The notes beneath the pieces were generated by a model. The model did not search any database. It saw nothing but the letters and a program-made list of their open reading frames with translations, and was not told where the DNA came from. Position numbers and translations under genes: made by a program. From Leptogorgia sarmentosa (Eukaryota), in the NCBI GenBank assembly GCA_964658305.1, contig OZ210885.1, forward strand, positions 10,912,001 through 10,976,000: a stretch of 64,000 nt of DNA, in the 5' to 3' direction. Of the stretch, positions 54,210-64,000 are shown one piece after another; positions within the stretch are counted from its first letter, which is position 1; each line of letters starts with the position of its first letter.

Positions 54210-54270
54210 GTACTGTATTATTAGCATTATTGCCGGAATTTCATCATGCCTTTAAATATGTTTTGCGCAG

Positions 54271-54287
54271 ATCATTTTTTATCTCCG
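54271..54287 (+). CDS. Gene B 17-nt linker microexon (DHFLSP)
   Basis: gcgcag|ATCATTTTTTATCTCCG|gtaaga; converts the phase-1 HEPN donor to the phase-0 acceptor of the next exon. Confidence 0.65.
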
Positions 54288-57200
54288 GTAAGAAAACTCC
54301 CATGTGTTGAAAGAATTTCTCTTATTATTCATTTATTATCATTATTATTATTATCCAATTTTATTCATATATTACCATATATACAATTCAATGCGATTCT
54401 CAATACGATCAATCGTTGAAATTATATGGGGTCGAACAGGTAAAAAAAATTAAATTCTCCAATAGTGTAGCTATACTTTGAAACTTTACATAGAAATCTA
54501 GTGTTGAATTGGTGACTGTGATTTATTTTTAGACCTTCATATAAGTGCAGAAGTTAAATGCCTTTAATACTGTATACAACATGATATACAGTATAGTACA
54601 ACTAATATATGCTGACATATGAATAAAATCAAAATTTTGACATGAATTAGACTTCGTAAATCGTACTAATTCCAGTTGGACATTTGTGTTCAAAACTTCA
54701 ATCATTCAAAAGTCGGGAATGTTTAACGCAATTTTGGCAATTTTTTCATTTTAGTATTAGGCACGCAAAATTGATAGACTTTTCTCGTTAAGGATATAAA
54801 TGCATGGGTAATACTAAAATATACAAAATTTTAAAACTTTACAGGGTCATATTTTTCGCATTTTAAAACATTTCTCAACCAGACTTTACAGTTTTACTAA
54901 CTTTGTGATACTCTTTAACGCTGTTGCTCTGGATTGTACTATTTCGAAATTTTTGTATGTCTATCATGCAAAAAATCTACTTTACTCAAAACGTCCAACC
55001 TATTTGCATTGTTTAGGTAGTGGGTAGGACATGTGCTGCTTGCTGATGTTGTTATCCCTTATCTACTACACTGGCCGCATATTGAAGTTTGCTAATAGCG
55101 ACAGCAGACCATGCTTATCAAATAGTTTGTATGGACAGCAGGGCATGCTTTTTCATGTATCCTTCGTGCTACGCGCATTAGCAGCGATATATTTATAGTG
55201 TTTGTGATACTGAAGATAAATTTTCTTTATTATTTCCAGACATTCTTGTTGATGGTCGTGACGCAAAACTAATTGCAGAAAGTGTAGCTGAACTTTGCCG
55301 TTGTATCAAAAACTACGATTTGGACGCCACAAAGGTTTGAGGAACTTTTGATATTTCATTTAACAGTCGTTGAATAAGTAGGAAGACGCAGTTCAAATTA
55401 ATATGACATGTTTCAAATGCGAGCGAGTGCAAATTTTCAGCGTGGGAACGCAATATGTGCTTTTTTTCGATAATGCTGTTTTTATGAGTTTTGCTTTACC
55501 CGTTAAACGTTACAAGTCAAACATGTGCATACTTTTTTGCGGAGACGTTTGCAATAGAACACTTAGAACGAAGCGTGTACCGATGAATAAAACACACTAC
55601 ATATCAATTACTGATAAATACTATATTATAAATATCCCATTAAGCAAAACAACTGAGCCATTCTCATAGGCAAGAGATAAAACTAAATTTTGATAGATCA
55701 CAATTATTTTTCCTTGCAAAATTGCTATTCCAACGTTGAACTACAAATTTCTGGAAAGTTTAGAAACTAGGAAACTTGCATGTCAAATTTCAATAGACCT
55801 TATGTCTTATGTCACAAGTACAGGTGGGAAATTTGTCGCTGACCAAAAAATCGCGGGCACAAGCGAAGCACATTCCAAAACATGGCAGAAAGTAAACAAA
55901 CAACTGTTTTAGATGACGATTTTTGTTTTTTTATTCAAATGATGTCTAACTTAGTGCTTAATCTTTTAAAATCGATCATGAATTCCTTGTTTTGCGATGA
56001 TTTTTTTTTGCAATCGAGTGCGTGAATATGGCGTCATTAACACAGGGGCAAATGAGTGGCAAATACCGCAAATGTCGAGATGTGGCTTGCTTAAACCGTA
56101 ATCAACGAGGAAAACGTGATATGAGAATGAAAATGAAAGTTGAATGAAAGTTGACTTTTTTCTTTCTCAAATTTCCCATAATTTGTTTGTTAGTGTAACT
56201 TGTGCGATTTATACTCGAAGTACTAGCTCGCGAAATTTGGCGAATTTTGAAAATTTGTGAATTCAAAATAGCTTGACTGTGAACTGTATTTTTTTAAACA
56301 GAGCCCGTGGCCTCAATTTCAAATATAGCTAAATGAAAACAAACACTTCTTTGGCGTTTAGTGATACCAAACCTATCAACAGGAAAATAGGGCCTCATGA
56401 TGCTTTAGTTAAGTGTTTGAGACCCACTTGATTCACACGTGTTGTGGTCAAATTCTGGCCAAGAATCAAAGGCCCAAAAGTGAATTTACATCATCAAATC
56501 TGCTTTGAGGAAGGTCTAGTTTAAAAATATAGCTTTTAATTTAGATTTCCTGAGCATAATTCGGTTAGAAATGAAATTTTTTTGTATTTGATGAGATTCA
56601 AAATTATTTGTATATTCAAGCCAGGCTTCAGTGTAATTATAATGATAACCGGAAATGAACTGAAGATATTTCAAAAACTGGCCGTGGCCTCACGATAAAA
56701 CATTCCAAAAATATTCTCCACTTCATGTATTTTATTGTGATTGTACTTTAATTGTAAGCATCAAAATAGGGCCTTGAACAGGCCGGGGGCTCATATTCAG
56801 CCTTCAGTAGAAGTGAAATCCCACGCTTCATCACAAGAGTTATTTTGCTCCGCCATGATTTGTGCTCTGTCGCTGATATTTAAACCTTTACGACATAAGT
56901 ATTGTCATCCTCGTTACGAATTACGATGCGAACATTTCACACAAAATTCTAATTATTGCAGATTAACTTGTGACTGTAAACAGTAGCTAGAAGTATGCCA
57001 TTCAGAATCGACAGAAGACGAATTTTAGCTCGTATTCGACTTTACATCTGTGTCGACCAAACATTGGAATATTTCGTCCTCACAGTGAGGTAAAAATTAT
57101 TCGATGGCAATTCGAAAATGTTGAGAAAAAAGGGCCAATTTATAAGAGAGGAAAAATAGGTACGCATGTGGGTAGCCCGTAAAAGATCGGCGAAGCAATT

Positions 57201-57822
57201 TTCCCTTTCTCAAAAATCCTAACCATTAAAGTCAGGAAAATATTGATAAAGCTCAGACGGTTAAGCACACGGGCGTGCGTCGCAGTTCAAACAAACCAAG
57301 TCCACAGAGTTTCCGTCTTCTCTCTTCAGCTAGCCACAATGCGTAGTTTCTGTCCCGAGGATTCTTGACTTTCTCAGTAATTGCCTTCAAGTTCTCCTAC
57401 AGTAATCCTATTCAATTTGGGAATTAACTGCCTAAGCGACTGGCTTCGGTTTCTCGCCCTTGCTGGGCGAGAGTTGCATATAACTCCATCGTTTATCGAC
57501 TAAGAGTTTTATTTTCAGTTTGGCAAAGCACTCCAAGTATAGAACGACTGTCTTTAAACTTCAGGACATCAGACCGCAGTTGATTCTTTTCAGTTTTGGA
57601 GCTTAGTTCACCCCACGCTAGTTACTCTTCGTCACCTTTTTTTCATTCAAGAACTAACAATTTTACTTTACTCATCTCGCCTAAGATTCATTGTTTTCAG
57701 TCACCTCGATACACGCTTTCAATTCCAACTAATTCTTCTCGAATCCTTGTGTGGCCCTGCCCTCTTTACTTGTCAGGTCGTCTTCGGCTCATATATATTG
57801 TCTCATCTTAATCTCTAATCTA

Positions 57823-58425
57823 ATATATATGAAAAAATTTCTCGATTCTGATTGGCTGAAAACAGTGCAATTTTAAGGAAATACAGTGCCAAAAAAGGAA
57901 ATTCATGTTAATGTCCTATGATTGGCTGAGATTACAAAGCTATCCAATCAGATTAAGTCATTTCTGGCGAACAATAACAAAATATGAAATTATTCGAGGA
58001 TGAAAAAATGGCTGCCTTTTTGAGTAGATTTTTTTGGCAACAGACAAATGATAGAGGGGCTTAAAAATAGTTCGAAAAATGAAAATACCAGGAAAGATAT
58101 CTATTCTTGTGGTTGATTGTGCGGATAAAATGGTGCATTGAAAAGGAAATACAGCGCGAGTACAAAATATTCCGCAGCAGGTGTTAGATTATATATTTTG
58201 CTCGATTTTTTTTATGCTGAACGAAAACTGTGAATTAAAAAAGAAACGACATGAATATGAAGCAGACAGCTTGAAAGTGATATTAACAGCAGTCGATGTT
58301 GACAACTTTCTTATAATACGAGACAGAGATTTCTCTTCGTTCAAGCAAGTGCTCGGTGGACAAGCATCACTCGTGCATGTTTTTCCAAATTGCACTCGAA
58401 ACCATACAATTGCTCATACTAATAA
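57823..58425 (+). mobile_element. Crypton-like element relic with decayed coding fragment
   Basis: CTGATTGG start; ATG at 58008; fragments LKNSSKNENTRK and ELKKKRHEYEADSLKVILTAVD resemble DUF3504-associated tyrosine-recombinase N-termini; right half of a terminal hairpin present. Confidence 0.55.
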
Positions 58426-58544
58426 CGTTAGATTATAACTATTATTACATCACACACCTTAAGCCGCTTTGTGAAGTTGAGAGTGATTTCAAATTTGTTT
58501 CAGCCCGTAAATTGAATATTACTAAATCAATTTTATCTATTCAG

Positions 58545-58740
58545 ATAAATCCAGTGATGGAGAAACTCGATAACATACAATCCACAATGCTTCACAAAAT
58601 TAAAGAGGTTGAAAGTTCTGCAGCTGAGAAACTTGAACATCATTCAATGGAGCTTAAACGTCTGGCGGAGAAAACAGATGAAATCGAATGTCGTCAGAAA
58701 AAGCCGAGGACGGAGCATTCAGATTTTGCAGAGAAAAAAG
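58545..58740 (+). CDS. Gene B exon: short coiled coil
   Basis: ttcag|ATA AAT CCA GTG ATG GAG AAA CTC GAT AAC...AAA G|GTAG; homologous to gene A 5786-6713 but with a single KLEHHSMEL unit. Confidence 0.8.
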
Positions 58741-59199
58741 GTAGTGTTTCAATTAACTTGGAAGATGGGAAACTATTTATGCAGAATATATTATGCAGGA
58801 AAATTTGCAGAGTATCAGGCAGCCATTCAATTTTCAAAATTTGTCCCCCACGAACCTTCCCGGTCTTCAACGTTCTTTTTCTAAGAATTTCTTGTAGGAA
58901 AATATCTCGTTAGAGTAAACGGCAACAGGAATGCAATATGTCTTCTAACACTTCCCAGATTTAGTGGGAATCCGAAAGCATTGGCAGTGCAGTACGCGCT
59001 GTCGCACTCATCATCACTAAAAATGAATTTTAATGTTGGGCGGGTTAACTGCGTAGGTCACAACCAAATAAAAAACGCTCGTGAAAAGTTGACGCAGCTC
59101 AATTGCGACAAGAATGCTTAAATGTTGCTGATAGTAGTTAAATGCTTCTTCTTTTGATTTGTGTCCTAAAATGCTTCATTAATAGGAGATTCAGTATAG

Positions 59200-59480
59200 C
59201 CGATGTTAAAAGCCAAGTTGTCAAGTTGCGAACTGTGGTAGAAAATGTAAAATCTTCTGAAAATTAGCTAAATTTGTCTTTAAAGGAAAGATTGACTAGC
59301 TTATTCGAAAATTTCAAGAAGGGACCAGACAATGGTTCTTTGACGACTTTGAAAAATGGCTTCGCGATACGAAATCGAGAGTTATGATCCAAAAAAAAAG
59401 GAAAATTATGTGACTTGTATGAAGAGACTGGCCAGCTTGCTGGCTGCCACTTCTGTGACTTTAGAGGCTCTGATTGCCGA
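59200..59480 (+). pseudogene. Decayed NACHT-type (NPHP3_N/AAA_16-like) NTPase exon relic in a gene B intron
   Basis: Reads LAKFVFKGKID*LIRKFQEGTRQWFFDDFEKWLRDTKSRVMI, then KLCDLYEETGQLAGCHFCDF; the P-loop segment expected between them is missing. Confidence 0.7.
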
Positions 59481-60163
59481 TATGTCACTATTCGTTTGCA
59501 CTACTTTCAAAAAATCCATGCTGTAAATGATGTTTATAGCTTTATTCTATAGCATGATTTGAAAGCTTCAACTGAAATGGACGCTGCGCGATATATTCAA
59601 TGACACGTCGGCTGTCCAGAAGCCGAATCATACCCTAGAATGTCTAATTCTTATTTGTATAGGTGCATATTGGCATGGTTTCGAATGCAATTTCGATATA
59701 GTATATGCACACGAGTGACCTCGATGATTAGGAATGGTAGTTTGATATTACATATCTTTATATCACCACTGCACCCAGTGGACAGCACTTCAAAATCATA
59801 CCGTACTCCAAGTTCTCTCACCCTGCAGTACAGGTGGTGAGGAAAGACTGTACCAATTAGCACCTTCTGCGCGCACGCATAAACGACCAAATAGGAACGG
59901 CCACAAACTTCTCATCAATAATTGTAATGCACACTACAAATTGCTTTTCTTGGGAAAGTTTAAATAAAGTTTAGACTCACTTCAATAACAATTCACTGCA
60001 AACTGTAGCAAGAGATTTTAATGCCAGAGCGACGTAAAATATTTAACGAAATTAATGTTCAAAGTTGAAATTGTGCAAATATGCATTCTGGTATACACAA
60101 TTATTTGAAGCATGCAGCAGAGTGATTTCAAAATTATCATCTGTATTTTATTCGATATTCTAG

Positions 60164-60495
60164 TTCCGTATGGATTACGCAATCTACCTGCTCACATGGT
60201 GGAAAGGCCATCAGAAGTAACCGAGATATTGGAGTTACTCAAGCAGGGAAATAAAGTGGGTGTTGTTGGACGTCATGGTGGCGACGTTGGTATCCGTGGA
60301 ATGGGAGGCCTCGGTAAGACGGTGTTAGCCCAAGCTGTTGCCTGGGAAGTCTCAAAATCTCGTCAAGTTGTCTGGCTTGACATTGGTCAAACACCTGATC
60401 GCTTGAAACTGATTAACACCCTCGTCAGAGTCCTTGGTGGACATGTGTCGTTCAGTGATATTGTTGCGGCGCAATCTTGGTTAAGAAAATACACG
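60164..60495 (+). CDS. Gene B exon: NB-ARC first half (P-loop)
   Basis: VGIRGMGGLGKT Walker A; ctag acceptor and ACG|GTATGT donor. Confidence 0.92.
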
Positions 60496-61344
60496 GTATG
60501 TATGCTGTGCTATATTTGATGTTTGTGATAGGGCTATTTTCAAGGTATAGGGACGATTTTTAATGGGATGTAGCTCGAGTAGGCAAGTTGCAGTAATACG
60601 GCAAAATAATATCCAGTACAGCGTTGGTAAACGTAAATTAAAGCGACGTTAAAGATAGAAGTCTGATGTTAGATGGACGTTATAGCTAGAATAGTGGCAA
60701 TTCTTCCAAGTCTTTTCTTTCACACGACCACTTGCCCAGGCGGTAAGCTTTATTACTTGTCTTTAATTTTTAAAATAAATTTAACATTTTAACTCGGCTT
60801 CGCCTCGTTCAGTATTGAAAATTTCTCGTGCGTTGTACAGCCAGCTCGTGTAAGTATTTGTAAACAAAGCACAATTCTTAACTTGTACATTCTTGTGAAA
60901 CGAAAACAATATATACTTGCATACGACTGATGTGGCTTGACTGATGGTCGAAATATTTGCTTCATATTGCCTCCGGGTCTATAAATGATAAATATTACCT
61001 CTACTTTCTCAGTTCTTTAAAAAACTTCATTCATATCATGCATTGGCAGTTGGGACTCTTTTACACTGCAATTTTTGCAGCTATTTCTAGTGCGAGTTTT
61101 ATTATTTCCGCTTTGATAGAGGTGAAAGACTAAACCAGTTGCGGAAGTCAGAATTAATAAAATCAGAACACTCGTCATAAATCCACCTACGAACATGTGC
61201 CTCATATATCAGAAAGGCCAGAAAATGCCACTAAAAAATTGCAAGCGAGCCTTTGAAGGCCTTGGCCAGTAAGAGTTGTAAATTTTCCGACCTTTGAATG
61301 CAGTTAACATACGGTTTCTTAGCTAGTTTTCAACTCATTTTTAG

Positions 61345-61984
61345 ATGGATAAAGATTGTTTGGTTGTTGTTGATGATGTTTGGAAGGTGGACGACGCTGC
61401 TGTATTCAATTGCTTATCTGGCAAATGCCAATTACTAATAACAACTAGAGATGCTACTGTTCTCTGCGGTTCGGGAATTACCAAGTACGAACTTGTTATT
61501 ATGCCACAAGATAAATCCCGAGGGCTGTTGTATCAGAGCGCTGGGATACGTCCAGAAGAACAGTTAACGCCAAACTTACGGCGAATTATTGCAGACCTGT
61601 TAGAGCAGTGTCGAGGTTTACCCCTGGCTCTGTCACTGGTGGGTTCAAATTTAACGGGCACTCGTGCGGAACAAGACTGGGAGGATGTTTTAGATGATCT
61701 TAAAAATGCTGACCTGGAGAGAATTCGTTCATTATTTCCCAAAGTCGATTATCCTTATGATAACCTCTTAGCAGTCATTGATGTGAGCTATCAACGCCTA
61801 GACGAAAGTGTACGCGAGATGTTTCTTTATTTGGCTATATTTCCAGAGGATACAGATATACCGTCAGATGTACTCGAGCTGCTGTGGTGTTCGATACAGA
61901 ACCAGAATGGAAAAACTTCGCGCAAACCTCAGAAACACAAAGATATACTTGCTGTGCTCGAGAGAAAGTCGCTGATCTTAAAAG
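61345..61984 (+). CDS. Gene B exon: NB-ARC second half
   Basis: CLVVVDDVW, LLITTRD, RGLPLAL, LAIFPED; ttttag acceptor and AAA G|GTAC donor. Confidence 0.92.
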
Positions 61985-62427
61985 GTACAGTTTTATCTTT
62001 TAACGGTTTTGATCTGCACATCCTCCTAAAAATTTTTATCTTCAGTGCCAAGTTCACTTTGCAGTATTGTCATTAGTAACGAAAATTTACAACAGTCAGT
62101 GAACCAGTAATACAGGTTGCAAAGTGGATCAACTGGATTTTTTGATGTTTTGTAATAATAAGGCGAATCATGTAAATTAAAAAATATTGTTTGCTTTTTA
62201 GGAATTAGGAGTTTTACCAAGACTACCTTAAGTCTATGTGTCTTTTTGCAGATATTGCATTATTCTTGGCTCGTTATAGCCAATAATTATTCTTATTGTG
62301 ACTAAGCCATTTCGTATTTACGAAAACCTGATAGCACAACTCCTTCTATACTACTCAACGGCGATTTTGAGATTTCAAAAATTGTCCGCCTCTAGTACAG
62401 ATTTCCTAACACTTCGATCAATTTCAG

Positions 62428-62850
62428 GGCCTGAACTCCACGGAAAGAAAAGCTATCGTGTCCATGACTTGCTTTTGGATTTTGCCCAGACAAAACTTCA
62501 AGACATGGGTACACTAAATGATGTTCAGGATAAGTTCGTAAAGACACTTTGTGGCCTGTGCGTGGATGGTGAATGGAATGATAATTCAACTACCTGCCAA
62601 AAAGACTATTATTTCAAGTACCTACCCTATCACATTTATTCTTCGGGACGACATGGTGAACTACTCCAGTTGCTGTTTGATGTACACTGGCTCAAACAAA
62701 AAGCGAAACACGTCAGCGTATTCTCTGTAATATCAGATTTTCGTTTTGTGGACACAGAATCGGAGGAAATCCAACTTCTCAAATCCTCGTTAATGTTCTC
62801 TGCCGATGTCATCAACGAAAACCCAGATTCAATCTGTCCTCAACTCCTAG
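62428..62850 (+). CDS. Gene B exon: MHD-type motif and APAF1-like helical domain (gene continues beyond the window)
   Basis: YRVHDLLLDF, YYFKYLPYH, LLFDVHWLKQK, ICPQLLG; tttcag acceptor and CTA G|GTAA donor. Confidence 0.9.
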
Positions 62851-64000
62851 GTAATTCAAATAATGAACTTTAATTTATCTCATTCTTCTATGATTTGTTT
62901 AAGTTGCCTCACTATTTAGTGCAAAGTTTCGAAGAAATTTTGCATTATTTTGATGAGTGGGGAAAATTCACATCAGTAATTCATTCATAGTGTAAACTCG
63001 GGGGGGGGGGGGGGGCATGGGGGTGCTTCCCAATATCTTGCCATGTACAAACTCCATAATTGACTGATATCCTTACAAATATTATGCAATTGCATGTAGT
63101 TATAAATCGTTGATCATCATGGTTTGCAGTTACTGTAATGAATAGAAAAGTAAGCTAGGTGAGTAATGTCACTAATGTGACGTAAGAAGCCCACAAGTTA
63201 GAGTACACAATGCCGGAAAGCCCCTCCGGAATTTCAATTTTTGCAAAAATTGCAAACTCAGCGTTCATTCGGGGCATTAAAATTTCTACACAACATGGCG
63301 AACGCTTAGAGTGGGGCCGTCAATCAGTGAAGTGGTTAACGATGTTTGACTACCACAAGGCCACAAAATGTAAACGCTGTAATTACAGCAAATGTAATCG
63401 TCACATTACGTGCGTCTACGCATGACGTAGTACCTCGTATAGCACGTGTAAAGCATGCTTTGGGTAATTCAATGTGATTGGCTCACTAAATATGGAAGTA
63501 CACTCAGTTGAGTAAGATGCCAAAGATCATTATAAACAGCCAGAACACGTGCACAACACGCTGCGTGTATTGAAAATAATTAGCTGGATGATCGATCGTA
63601 TCAATGTGGCTGTCGCACAACGTCATATGAATTCGTGCCAACACACAAGGAGTTGTTCGTATACGATCGAAGAAAATGAAGTGCAAAACTTGCGACATTT
63701 CTGAAAACCTCTTGACTCGTCAGAGGGCTGACTTTAAAAGTAAAAGACGAGGAGATAACCAACGTGTTGTCGCCACTCGCTTCCCTTGCCAGCCAGCCTC
63801 ATGTAATCGAGAAACTATGCTAACTTATCTGAAATGATGAAAAATTTATATATGAAACAATTACGCTTATGAGACGCTTACTTGTATGAATCAAAGTGCA
63901 GATGACCTTGGGAATGTGTCAAGAGTATTCAAAAGCAACATCCGATGCTAGTTTACAGCTAAGTAACAATGATTATAATACGAATATAAAAGGTGAACTT

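Overview
AT-rich, intron-rich animal DNA, most likely a cnidarian such as an octocoral (inferred from gene and repeat families). The window holds two divergently oriented paralogous innate-immune or cell-death receptor genes: gene A on the minus strand (about 10752 to <1) and gene B on the plus strand (53624 to >62850). Both have the architecture HEPN (intact RxxxxH motif, RNPWAH), coiled coil, APAF1-like NB-ARC and helical domain, with identical intron positions. Gene B looks intact. Gene A has no ATG in its HEPN exon, has a TGA in a 17-nt linker microexon, has an ATG at the start of its coiled-coil exon, and has expanded that exon into about 35 His-rich heptads. The HEPN exon, flanking introns and upstream DNA form a recent inverted duplication, while the NB-ARC exons are more diverged and their introns do not align. 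A decayed NACHT-type exon sits in a gene B intron; together these suggest effector-module shuffling. Between the two genes lie a multi-exon single-pass receptor (lectin, SRCR, F5/8C, FN3, RPTP-type stalk, TM, Tyr-motif tail) with a premature stop and a frameshift, a tRNA Asn/Pro/His trio, a BEL/Pao LTR relic, Penelope-like relics with hammerhead cores, a ~3 kb tandem triplication, hAT/Harbinger/mariner-type MITEs and a family of hairpin-ended, Crypton-like non-autonomous elements. All calls were made by eye; no database searches were run.
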